This document shows, in pieces, positions 1-12,448 of a stretch of 64,000 bases of DNA; position 1 is the stretch's first letter; the number at the start of each line of letters is the position of its first letter. The DNA is from Paraspadella gotoi (Eukaryota; Animalia; Chaetognatha): assembly GCA_051294375.1 (NCBI GenBank), contig CM119263.1, forward strand, positions 29,587,503-29,651,502. Direction: 5' to 3'. Under the pieces are notes generated by a model. It had not been told where the DNA came from. It did no database searches and saw only the letters and a list, made by a program, of their open reading frames with translations. The translations under genes were made by a program, and so were the position numbers.

Positions 1-1357
1 ACGATAATGATGATATTGACAATAAATAATGCATACTTCGAATGTTAATTAGGATGGAATGTTTCAGTTTTCGACAGTGTTATTGAAATTGGATTGTGGA
101 TGTTACTTTGTCCCTCGCTTTTTTGACAGAAAAGTTATGGGAGTAAGTAGAAACCAACTTAATAAACAAAATATAGGTAAAACCTACATTTATAAGCAAT
201 AAATTAGGTATAAATATATAAATATTGAAAGAAAAAACTTTGAAGTTAGTCAAGAAACACGATGAGAAAGTAGAAGAGAAAAAAGAGAAAAAAAAAGAAA
301 AAAGAAAAAAAGAAAATGAATTACAAGTCGGTTGTCAAATCCTCTTCTTCTTCTTCTTCGTCGTCGTCGTCGTCTTCTTCTTCCTCTTCCTCTTCCTCCC
401 ATTGTCCTTGATTTTGTCGTTCAACCTTGTCTCTCTTCAGTCGGCTCTTTTGCTGTGTCGGCCCGTCACTTTGTCAGCTCTGTGTCGAGAAAGTGCCGAC
501 GAGGGATAAAATTCTGATTGCATATTTTTACGATGCCGATCGGAGCATCCATGTACATTGCATTCATTGCACGAGCTGGCATTTTTCTTTATTTGTGACG
601 GAAAATTATGAATTATTTTTTAATGGAAAATTAACGAGGAAAAGTGATTCAAAGACGTTGGGCCACATTGACTGTTGGATTATTAATTTTTTACAAATGC
701 TTTTTCAAAACTTATTAGCATATTATATCCAATTTTGAAATACATCTTTATAACGTTAATTTTAAGGATATCATGTGACGAAGTATCAGACGTGAGCGTG
801 AAAAGCCGATCTACAATCTAGACACAACACTTAATAATGTCTACTTACTAATAAATGATGAGGCTCATTGAAAAGTAAGTTGGAAAGACAGACTGACCGA
901 GTTGCTCTGTGAAAATACAAAGAGACGATTCGTTTTCGAAATTGTCATCGTCGTCGTCATCGTCGTCGCCTTCATCGTCTTCATCGTCGTCGTCGTCGCC
1001 TTCATCGTCGTCGTCGTCGCCTTCATCGTCGTCGTCGTCGCCTTCATCGTCGTCGTCGTCGTCGTCGTCGTTGACGTCAATGACAGAACCTTATTTCACC
1101 CATTGTCGACCTCATACCGAGTTTTCCTCTCTTCCGATGAAACNNNNNNNNNNNNNNNNNNNNNNNNNNNNNNNNNNNNNNNNNNNNNNNNNNNNNNNNN
1201 NNNNNNNNNNNNNNNNNNNNNNNNNNNNNNNNNNNNNNNNNNNNNNNNNNNNNNNNNNNNNNNNNNNNNNNNNNNNNNTTCCGGCTTTTGAACATTTGAC
1301 GCATCCTCTCTTCTCTCTTCTCTCTCTCTCTCTCCTCTCATCCTTCTCTCTCTCCTC

Positions 1358-2007
1358 AATACACATTTTACCAAGCAGAATACACATTTTACCAAGCCCA
1401 GAAGCAAAACTTTAGATTGTATCTAATGAAACGGACAAAGGCTATAGTTTTCAAGTCACTCATAAAAGTTTTCATAAATGTAATAAAATTAATGCTTATG
1501 GTTCCATCTCAAATTTTATATTTTATCGAGTATTACATGATTACAGTATTATTACAGTATTACAGATTAGAGTATTACATGGATAATTTTATATTGGTTG
1601 TAGCTATTTCATGCAAGTGTATCTAAATTATCTGTAAGATTTATCACAAAAATCCTTAGTTGGAGTAGCATTTTATTAATTACACGAGATTACAACCAAG
1701 GTTCAAAAACTATTTTCATGATAAAATGGAAAATTCCATTTGGATGGACGCATTCGTCTCAAAAGTAACATAGAAATCAAGGCGCGATAAAAATTATAAA
1801 TTAGGCGATAAGAACAATGCGTTATTAGAATCAACCCTTTTTAAAGCATTTCATTTCAAAGTTCGATTGAAAATTTCTTAATAACCGATGATTTTTAACT
1901 CGGTTTTTGTAAATTTAAAAACGGAATTAAAATGAATTCTTCTTTCTTTAAATTNNNNNNNNNNNNNNNNNNNNNNNNNTCGAAATTTTTAGAGAGAGAG
2001 AAAGAGA

Positions 2008-2099
<92 letters not shown>

Positions 2100-2735
2100 A
2101 GATTTAGATAGAGTTTTGATCAATTTAAAGAAAGAAGAATTCATTTTAATTCCGTTTTTAAATTTACAAAAACCGAGTAAAAATCATCGGTTATTAAGAA
2201 ATTTTCAATCGAACTTTGAAATGAAATGCTTTAAAAAGGGTATTTCTAATAACGATTGTTCTTATCGCCTAATTTATAATTTTATCGCGCCTTGATTTCT
2301 ATGTTACTTTTGAGACGAATGCGTCCATCCAAATGGAATTTTCCATTTTATCATGAAAATAGTTTTTTGAACGCTTGCTTGTAATCTCGTGTAATTAATA
2401 AAATGCTACTCCAACTAAGGATTTTTGTGATAAATCTTACAGATAATTTAGATACACTTGCATGAAATAGCTACAACCAATATAAAATTATCCATGTAAT
2501 ACTCTAATCTGTAATACTGTAATAATACTGTAATCATGTAATACTCGATAAAATATAAAATTTGAGATGGAACCATAAGCATTAATTTTATTACATTTAT
2601 GAAAACTTTTATGAGTGACTTGAAAACTATAGCCTTTGTCCGTTTCTATTAGATACAATCTAAAGTTTTGTGTGCTTACTTGTGTATTCTGCTGTGGTAA
2701 AATTGTGGTGTATTCTGCTTGGTAAAATGTGTATT
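1358..2735. repeat. ~600 bp inverted repeat (1358-1954 vs 2122-2735) around a 25-N gap and an (AG)n tract
   Basis: ctatagttttcaagtcactcataaaagttttcataaatg (~1442) is the reverse complement of ~2594-2632. The arms differ mostly by single-base indels. Confidence 0.9.
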
Positions 2736-3254
2736 CTGCTTGAGTAAACACTGTAGCTCGATGTATTCTGCTATGCGGTCAATCGTTTGAAAGAAAGAAA
2801 ATACAACAGGAGACACAAAAAAAACCGCGTAGAGCCAGTTTACTAATACCAAATAGGCATTATAGTGAACTACTCAATACATTATAAAGTTGTAGCTATT
2901 TGTATAGATAGAGTACATCAAAAAGTATGATTGTCGAGTCACGGAAAAAATGAAGTTACTTTTTGAAAGTCAGCAATAAATTCGAAGCCAAACGATTTTT
3001 GTAAGGGTTAAAAAAAATGTTCTTTAGTATTGTGTTCACATTAAAAGAACTTTACATAGGCTGCATAAGCTATATAAATAAGCAACAAACATAGGCTAAA
3101 AAAACATAAGCTACATAAATAAGCTACTAAGATAAGCTACATAAACAGCACCTGAGTGCGGATCTGATGACACTTATTAAAAATGACCAATTTTCTGGGT
3201 CTCATTTGTTTCTGAAGTTTTTTCTTTTGAATGAACGAGAAGATGTCTTTTTAA

Positions 3255-5165
3255 CTATGATTTTCGTGAAAAACATTTCTTACAAACTTTACACATGTCA
3301 GGCTTTTCAGTAGTATGAACGAGAAGATGTCCCTTTAAATTGTCTGAACGTGAAAAGCATCTGTTACAAATTGGACATTTGTGTGGCTTTTCTTTCGAAT
3401 GAGTGAGAATATGTCCTTGTAAATTATACTTGCGTGAAAAAGCTCTGTTACAAATTTCACACTTGTATGGCTTTTCATTTGTATGAAGTTTGAAATGTGA
3501 TTTAAGATATCTCTTTAGGGCAAAGCATAGATTACAAATTTCGCATTTGTAGGTTTTCTCTTTAGAATGAATTGGAAGGTGAAGTTTTAGACCACTCTGC
3601 GTATAGCATTTTTTGCAGATTTCACATTTGTGTGATTTTTCTTTAGTATGAGTTTGAACATGTATTTTGAGGGAGCCTTTTCGTAAAAAACTCTTGAAAC
3701 AAAGTGGACATGTGTGTGGTTTCTCCTCTGAATGAGTTTGAAGATGGCGTTTTAGACGGAAATTTAGTGCAAAACGCATATGACAAATTTCGCATATGTA
3801 AGATTTTTCAGTTTTGTGAGTTAGTTCATGACTTTTTAAACTGGAGTTAAACGAAAAGCTTTTCATACAAATTTTACATTTGTATTGTTTTTCTTTTGAA
3901 TGAATTTTTACATGCAAATTTTTACTAGCCAAAGTAGAAAACAACTTTTTACAAATATCACATTCGTGAAGTTTTTCTTTTGTATGAGTTAAAAGATGTT
4001 GTTTTAGAGTTATTTTTTGTGAAAAGCGTTTTTCACAATTTTCACATTTGTGTGGTTTTTCTTTTGTATGAATCAAAAAATGTCTTTTCAGATGTGTCTT
4101 TTGAGCAAAGCATTTGTCACAAAATTCGCATTTGTGTGGTTTTTCTTTTGTATGAGTTAAAAGATGCAGTTTTAGACTATTTTTCAGAGCAAAAATCTCT
4201 TGGCAAAATTCACATTTGTGTGGTTTTTCTTTTGTATGAGTGAAAAGATGAACTGTTAGTTTAAATTTTGTTGAAAAACATTTGTTACAAATTTTACATT
4301 TGTGTGGTTTTTCATTTGTATGAATATTAAGATGTGTTTTTAGACTGAAAGAGTGAGCAAAGCCTTTGTTACAAAATTCGCATTTGTAAGCTTTCTCATT
4401 TGTATGAGTTAAAAGATGCATTTTTAGGCTACCCCTTCGACTAAAGCATTTTTCGCATATATCACATTTGTGGGATTTCTCTTTTGTATGTGTTAAAAGG
4501 TGTATTTTTACATTGTTTTGTGTTGAAAAGCATTTGTAACAAATTTCACATTTATATGGCTTTTCTTTAGTATGCGTGAGAATATGTCTTTTGAGTATGC
4601 CTTTTAGTGAAAAATACTTGTCACAAAATTCACATTTGTGTGGCTTAACATTACTATGGTTAAAAAGATGTACTTTTAGACCCGTTTTAAAAGAAAAGCT
4701 TTTGTTACAAATTTGGCATTTATGGGGTTTCTCTTTTGTATGAGTTTTAGTATGAAGTGTCAAACTACTTTTTCGAGCAAAGCACTTTTGGCATAACTGA
4801 CATTCGTGTGGCTTTTCTTTTGTATGAGTTAGAATATGTTTTTTTAGGTCACTTTTCGCTGAAAAGAACAAGTAACACATTTCGCATTTGTGTGGTTTCT
4901 TATTAGCATGAGTTAACGAATGTGTTTTCAGATATTCTTTTCGAACAAAGAATTTTTTACAAATTTCGCACGAGAAAGTTTTTTCAATTTTATCAATTTG
5001 AATATTCCGTTTTACAATTTCGTCTGAATCTTTACTCGTATCAAAGTTTTGATCGAGATCTCTTTTGGTTGATAAAATTCCTTCATGACAAATTTCGCTT
5101 TTAATCGTTTCCAATAAATTGTGTACCGCTTGATCTATCGAAGGTTTTTCGTCAGTTGTTTCCAT
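3255..5165 (-). CDS. Tandem C2H2 (Kruppel-type) zinc-finger protein, 636 aa: 20 complete fingers plus an interrupted 21st
   Basis: After a ~63 aa acidic leader, the ORF is a 28-aa repeat C-x2-C-x3-F-x5-L-x2-H-x3-H with H-T(K/N)EKP linkers (finger 17 is 27 aa). No KRAB, ZAD or BTB domain is visible. A possible acceptor (ttttag|CGT at 5198) could add 11 codons from an upstream exon junction. Confidence 0.95.
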   Translation of the reverse strand: METTDEKPSIDQAVHNLLETIKSEICHEGILSTKRDLDQNFDTSKDSDEIVKRNIQIDKIEKTFSCEICKKFFVRKEYLKTHSLTHANKKPHKCEMCYLFFSAKSDLKKHILTHTKEKPHECQLCQKCFARKSSLTLHTKTHTKEKPHKCQICNKSFSFKTGLKVHLFNHSNVKPHKCEFCDKYFSLKGILKRHILTHTKEKPYKCEICYKCFSTQNNVKIHLLTHTKEKSHKCDICEKCFSRRGSLKMHLLTHTNEKAYKCEFCNKGFAHSFSLKTHLNIHTNEKPHKCKICNKCFSTKFKLTVHLFTHTKEKPHKCEFCQEIFALKNSLKLHLLTHTKEKPHKCEFCDKCFAQKTHLKRHFLIHTKEKPHKCENCEKRFSQKITLKQHLLTHTKEKLHECDICKKLFSTLASKNLHVKIHSKEKQYKCKICMKSFSFNSSLKSHELTHKTEKSYICEICHMRFALNFRLKRHLQTHSEEKPHTCPLCFKSFLRKGSLKIHVQTHTKEKSHKCEICKKCYTQSGLKLHLPIHSKEKTYKCEICNLCFALKRYLKSHFKLHTNEKPYKCEICNRAFSRKYNLQGHILTHSKEKPHKCPICNRCFSRSDNLKGHLLVHTTEKPDMCKVCKKCFSRKS

Positions 5166-5365
5166 TCTGTATTGATAATCTCGTTCGAGTTTAAAACGCT
5201 AAAACGTTCATTAATATAAATATTTTTTAGAATTTCTGACAAAGTTTATTATGAAAATGTTAAAATTTTAAAATAAAAATCGATTGATAAAAAAATTGGG
5301 AGGAGAAAGGATGAAGCCAGAATTCAGGAAAGAATCCGAGGAGAAGATTTCAACGACGACGATGA

Positions 5366-5405
<40 letters not shown>

Positions 5406-6061
5406 CCTCGCCTAATTATTTTTACCGTCTTCATCCTCATTGTTTTGTCAAAAGGTAACCGTAACTCGAAAATAATTATTTCACTGTTACATTAAAATTG
5501 CATTGCAATTAGAAGCGAAAACTTATGGCTTCGACAAAACATGTAAATCGCTTTCAAAAGTTTCAGTAAAATATATACTATAATATACAGTATAGTATAG
5601 TATACATTGTAGTATAGTATACGTTTTGTCATAATATTATTTTTCATGTTCTCATGATCTTTTTAAAGTCAAAGTATTACTATTTTGCGAGTGGAAGAAT
5701 AGTTATATAATATATATTGGTAGTACCAATTTCATATATATATTGGAAATGATAAAAATCTTCTTGTTCATTAATCGAGAATAACCGTGGATTGTGTTCA
5801 ACTTTCGATCGATCGTCCGTTAACCTTAAATCGTCGACAATGAATGGAAAGTGAAACCAGAGTCGTGAAAAGGGCGGACGAAGATCAAAAGAGAGAGCAA
5901 GATTGAGAGAGATGAGACGAGAGAGAAGAGAAGAAGAGAGAGAGAAGAAGAGAGAAGAGAGCAGAGAGAAGAGAGACGAGTCGTCGCGTCTACGTCTTGA
6001 TTTCGATCCCTCATTGTTTATCCGCGCGAGATTTTCCTTATTTTGGTCACTCCTCTCTCTC

Positions 6062-6130
<69 letters not shown>

Positions 6131-6334
6131 TCTTCTCTCTTTATATTTATATCTTTATCATTTCGTCCAATATTTATTTAGTCAATATCTCTTACTTGTC
6201 AGTCTCTCGCTTTTGTCCTTTCTCTGTCTGTCTGTCCTCTCCGTCTGTCTATTTCTTTGTATTTTCCTCGCCTCTCCTCCCTCCCCTTCTCCCTTCCCTT
6301 CTCTCTCTTCTCTTTTCTCCCACGTGTCCCGACG

Positions 6335-6407
<73 letters not shown>

Positions 6408-6744
6408 GGCGCATCTCTCTCCTCCCTCGCGCTCTCACTCTCTCTCATCCGCTCCGTCTCGCTCTCTCTCTCGCGTCCCAGAACGTCGTCGCGTCTTTCA
6501 AACCAAAACGCGATTTTTTTTCTCGTTTCTGGGCGAATTTGTTTTTTTTCTTCAGTCGTGTTGGGAAAAAGAATGGGACGATGATGACGATAACGACGAC
6601 AACGACGAACAATGAACAATCACAATGACGACGAAAATGAAAAAAACTATTTCTTAGACGGTAAAAACGACGACGGTCAAGAAGACGACGATTTGTCAAC
6701 AAACAGGACAATGAAGATGACAAAAAGGACAAAGACGATGACGA

Positions 6745-6784
<40 letters not shown>

Positions 6785-6856
6785 TTTGATGCTGCGAATT
6801 TCGGAAATGATAACTTTAAACCACAAGAGGACAATTTTTGTCCTCAATTTCGTATC

Positions 6857-6891
<35 letters not shown>

Positions 6892-7078
6892 TCATCGTCG
6901 TCGTCGTCGTAATCTTTTTTTTGACGTTTCGATTTCATATCTGAAAAAAAATTCTACTTGAATTATTTCAATTTTGTAATCAATTTAGTTTTAGTCATGC
7001 AAACTAAAACTAAAAAAAAGTTAAAATCGGATAAAACTTTTATAATTAAAAAAAATGTCAAATGAATTATGGTGACTC

Positions 7079-7114
<36 letters not shown>

Positions 7115-8446
7115 ACTTCTCTCGCTCCTCTCTCTCTCTCTCTCTTCTCTCTCTCTCCCTCTCTAGATTATGAATAAAAATTAACATGAAATACATTTTT
7201 TTTCATCCATCGACGCGTGATTAGGGATTAAATAGAATTGAAAAAAAAAAAATTAATCCTGGTGTCGATTTTTAAATTCGATTTAATTTTCGATTTCATT
7301 CCATCTATTCACGCGATCTTCGTGACGTTTCGAGATATCACAGTGTGAATTGTGAATTGTGAACCACCCTCATCACTTTAACCACAGAAATGACTAAAAC
7401 ACATCAATTAACCACAAATTATCCACCAAATACATTAACCACCAAATACATTAACCACTCGGGCGGAGCGATGAAACGATTGAACGTTTGAACAATGTAT
7501 TTTTTTCCTGCTTTTGTATAAATTATAATTAATGAAGAATAATTGAGCCAATTTTAAAAAAAAATATTACTTATCAGTATAAGAAAAATGCATATCAGTA
7601 TCATACATGGAATTTTCTTTATAAAATCATAAAAATTCAGAATAATTTTTTTTTTTTTAAGAACCGTTTCGGATTCGCGGAAAAAAACTAAGACAATTTT
7701 GTAAAATATGTTTTCTGATATTTTTATGTTAAAGCTGCAAAAAATGAGTAAAACGATTCATCATATAATAGTTTCTACTACAAACAGTGAAAAAGTAGAG
7801 AATTTTGACCTTTTTTCGGTTTTGGCACTAAAGATATCAGAATTTCTGATAACGTGTTTTATATTTTTGATCTAACATTTTATGAAGAATCGGAATCTGT
7901 AATATTATATATATTATATATATTATAAATATTATTTGGAAAATTTACTAATTTACAAGGATATTACTATGAATATATTGTATTTTAAGATTCAGTTACC
8001 AAAACAATATGAGAAAATATATATTTTTTGTACTCGATTATCATTCTACTTCACGTCTAAATATCCTTCACTCTATTAACCACCCTATTCCACCTCAAAT
8101 CATCACCCCTACTCTATCCTCTTCTCCTTTTTCGTCTCCAACGATATTTTTATCTCCAAAAATCTATCCTTATTTTCGTCGACGTCTGGAAGCAACGACT
8201 CTTTGTCTTGACGATGACGACGACGAAGACGATGAAGACGACGACGACTATGAAGACGACGATGACGACGACGCCGATATCGAAGATGCGGCTGGAAATA
8301 TCTGTTATCGCTATTAACGCCGCCTCCGCCGCTGCCGTCGCCGCCAGACGCCACTTTTTTGACGCCGCCCGAATCGTCGCCTCGATCGGCGAATGTTGGT
8401 CTCCACTTTTGGCTGCTGATGTCATGACTTTTTTTTCGGGTTATTC

Positions 8447-8790
8447 ACTCTCTTCACAATCTCTCTCACTCTTTCACAATATCTCTCACTCTCTACACAA
8501 TCTCTCTCACTCTTTCACAATCTCTCTCACTCTTTCACAATATCTCTCAATCTACTAAAAATCTCTCACTCTGTTTACAATATCTCTCACTCTCTTCACA
8601 ATATCTCTCACTCTCTTCACAATATCTTTCATTCTCTTCACAATCTCTCTCACTCTTTCACAATATCTCTCACTCTCTTCACAATATCTATCACTCTCTT
8701 CACAATATCTCTTGCTCTACTCAAAATATCTCACTCTCTTCACAATCTCTCTTACTCTCTTCACAATATCTCTCACAATCTTTACAATAT
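8447..8790 (+). repeat. ~20-21 bp minisatellite (ctctcactctcttcacaatat)n
   Basis: Roughly 15 degenerate tandem copies, read directly from the sequence. Confidence 0.85.
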
Positions 8791-9371
8791 CTTGTAGGAA
8801 ACGGACTTTTTTTTAATTGGATTCGGGCTACAATCTCTCACTCTTTCACAATCCCTCTCACACTCTCTTCTCTCACCGTCGACGCAAATAAGTACCATCT
8901 CAGCGAGCCACAGCAATGCCACTTTATTGCAACAACATTGCCACAAAATAGCCTCAGCAATGCCACCTCTACGTTATTTGCAACGTCGATAATGCCATTC
9001 TCAATAAATTGTCGAGAAAAAAAAACATGGAATTTTCTTTGTGAGAAATTCTTTTTCAAAGAAAGTTAAGATTATTAATTTTAATTTTATAAATATTAAA
9101 AGGAACTAGGCAAAATGATTAAAAAAACGTAAATCGAATAAAATTTAAAAGCAAAATAAAACGGAAAATAAAAAACAACAAAACAAAACGAACAAAACAA
9201 AAAGGGAATTTTAAAAACGACGGGTAAGTACGAGTCATGTTTTTTTCGCAAAACTTTTTTTTTCTTTCTGAAATTGAATTAATTTTTTTTAGGCTGTTTC
9301 GTGTCCTCCAGAAAATATTTTCACGTTTTCCGTATTTTTTTCTTGTCATTTTTATTCATCAAGATGTTTTT

Positions 9372-9510
9372 TCCTTCCAACTGTTTCTCTCATTTTCCAT
9401 ACTGTTTCTTTCCCTTTCTAACTGTTTCTTTCCTTTCCAAACTGTTTTTTCTCTCTTCAAACTGTTTCTTTCCTTTCCAAACTGTTTTCCCTTCTCTTTC
9501 CAAACTGTTG
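9372..9510 (+). repeat. 20 bp minisatellite (aactgtttctttcctttcca)n
   Basis: actgttt recurs every ~20 bp, about 7 times. Confidence 0.8.
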
Positions 9511-9937
9511 TTTTCCCAGAAACGCGAAATATTTCCCCGCCAAATCCGCTCAGAAAATCCTTATCCGAATTTTAAAATAAAAAAATGGAAATTTTTTTTT
9601 TCATTTCGACTTTCGACGGACGTTTTGGGATTTTTGTATTTATTTCATTTTCCTATTTAAGTTTGTGTTTGTGAAAGATAGTATCGAAAACCGTAAACAA
9701 TAATTATCTCTATCTTTCTTTCTTTCACTTTATTTCTAGTTTTCTTTGTTAAATCTTTAATTCATTAAAATCATTATCGATGATTTTCAATTTAAACTTT
9801 AACAGGATCGTTATCATTAATTTTTTTTTCCATTTGTTTTTAATGTGTTTTTTTCTCTTAGTTTCTACTTTTTCTCTTTTATTCTCTTCTGAATTCTTTC
9901 CACTGGGAGAAGAATTTTATTATCAGCATCTTCCTTT

Positions 9938-10070
<133 letters not shown>

Positions 10071-10272
10071 ATTATTTCCTTTTCTTCCTCCCCTATTCTC
10101 CTAACTTTCACTTTTTTGACAGTTTGAGAGAGAGTGGAAAATATCGAAAACATTTTCACGAATTGCAAAGTAGGAAGCAAGTTTCTTTTTTTTTTCCTCC
10201 AAAACGATTTTTTAAAACAATTTAGTTGAAAATTAGGGTGAGAGTGCGCGAGAGAGAGTGATAGAGAGAGAA

Positions 10273-10348
<76 letters not shown>

Positions 10349-10354
10349 GGAAAG

Positions 10355-10390
<36 letters not shown>

Positions 10391-10531
10391 CAGAGAAAGA
10401 AAAAAATAAAGAAAGAAAAAGAAATAAAAGAAAAATAAAAAAAAACCAGATAGAGAGAGAGTGAGACTAATTTGTCGAAATTCTAGAGGAAAAACTCTCA
10501 GTGCTTCGGTTTTGGAAATGGAACCGGGCCC

Positions 10532-10580
<49 letters not shown>

Positions 10581-10589
10581 GAGGAGGAG

Positions 10590-10648
<59 letters not shown>

Positions 10649-10694
10649 TTAAAAACCCAATAGTGACATTTCATCTTTCACTCAATTCTCTTTT

Positions 10695-10990
10695 TGTCAC
10701 ATCATGTCATGTCATGTCAAGTTACGTCACGTCTCGTCATGTCAAGTACACGTCACGTCACGTCCTGTCATGTCAAGTAACGTCCCGTCATGTCATACCA
10801 GGTCAAGAGAGTCGAAATGGGACAGGGAGCGGTCAGTCGGGATAAGTGAAATAAGGGTCAGGACCAATATTATAATGGTAAGGACAAAGAATATAACAGT
10901 AAGGACAAAGAATATAAGGGTAGGGACAAAGAATATAGAAGTAAGGACAAAGAATATAGAAGTAAGGACAAAGAATATAAGGGTAAGGAC
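10695..10990 (+). repeat. Degenerate 5-mer (gtcat/gtcac) satellite followed by a 21 bp minisatellite (gtaaggacaaagaatataaga)n
   Basis: Pentamer run at 10695-10800. About 6 copies of the 21-mer at 10851-10990, which produces the VRTKNIE pseudo-ORF. Confidence 0.85.
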
Positions 10991-11059
10991 ACCCGCTCCC
11001 CTTTCCCCCTTCTTTCCTCACATCCAGATTTCCTTTTTATTCATCGTTTCCCCCCCCCA

Positions 11060-11152
11060 GTGGGCGTGTCCGCGTCTTGCGTTGACTTCCGGTTAATTTT
11101 CCCGCGATGACGCGTGAGAAAATGGCGGAGGTCGATCCCGGGCGTGTGGGTG
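11060..11152 (+). promoter_or_regulatory. CpG-rich housekeeping-promoter-like motif cluster, possibly with a short first exon
   Basis: Within 70 bp: GGGCGTG (Sp/KLF, 11062), ACTTCCGG (ETS, 11085), TTTCCCGCG (E2F, 11098), TGACGC (CRE half-site, 11108) and AAAATGGCG (YY1, 11119). ATG at 11122 gives MAEVDPGR followed by a possible GTGGGT donor. Confidence 0.5.
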
Positions 11153-12136
11153 GGGTCGATTCGGCGGATGGGAAAATTTGATGGGATAAAAAAGAAGCGA
11201 ATGGGAAAAAATTGGTTGGAATGAAATCTGTTGGGATGGGAAAATCGGTTTGAATGAAAGTATGTAAAGCTAAACATTGTTTGAAATGTAATGTTTGTGA
11301 AATAATAGCCCAGCATAGGCCAAAGTGAGGGGCGATACAGCTCATTAATTGATTGAATAATTTTTGTATTACTTGTATAAGTTTAACAAAAAAGATATTT
11401 AAATAATAAATATTGAAAACCAGCAAATTAGCTCGTAATTAAATAGAACAAGACCATCCGAATATTTAAAACAATGGGATGAGATAGAAAAAAATAAATA
11501 AATGTCGTACGTTAAGAATTGTAGAAGTCAGAGGATAAGAGAAAACCTGAATGAAAGTCAAAAGTAAAAGAATTATCCCCAGACGATGGGGGAAAGGAAA
11601 AAAGCCTTTTTCTACAGTGGGACGAATCCCAAGTCTCTCAAATTCCACCCGTTCCCTTCAACCCTTACCCTATAAATGTAGCAGAATAATTTGTGATTCA
11701 TTTCAAATGAAATTGAGTTCTTCAATCTCATTTACATATTGTAGCAATTTAGATCATTTTTCATATCTTTTGATACAGTTTTCATAATAGTCTTATTTTA
11801 CGTTTTTAGCAATACTTTTAATAGATTTTAATAATGATCTTACCATTTCTTACGTTTCTTCTTTTCTCTTTCACCGAATCTTTGGAAGATAAAAAAGGAA
11901 AAAATAGAAGATGAATCATAAAAAATATTCTAAAAAAATCCAATGGGAGAGCCAAGATGAAAATAGACATGAAAGGACAGAAAAGCGAAGATAGAAAAGA
12001 TCAGAAAGGATTTCTGAGAAATCCCTTCGATTTCTAAGAAATGCCTCCGACCAGGAAGTCGACTCAGAAATCATTAGAATCGAGTTCTTTGGCGAATGCC
12101 GCCCACAGCCCTAATGACTCCCCCGGCTACTCATAT

Positions 12137-12167
<31 letters not shown>

Positions 12168-12408
12168 ATCTCTCTTCTCTCTCTCTTCTCATCTCCTCTC
12201 TCTCTCTCCTCCCTCTTCTCTCTCCTCCGTCCACATGATTCCCTTTCATTTTTTATCTCGTTTTACTTTTTCCTCACTTTTTCTCCTCTTTTAAAAAAAA
12301 TCTTTCTCTTTTTCTCCTTGTCCTTACCAACTCTCTCTTATTTTTTCTTTCCCTTCTTCTTTTCTCTCTCTCTCATTCCTTCTCTCTCTCCTCTCTCCAT
12401 CTTCTCTC

Positions 12409-12448
<40 letters not shown>

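Noticed and set aside
3980-5104. Plus-strand ORFs over the ZNF gene
   Set aside because: Antisense shadows of the periodic finger sequence.
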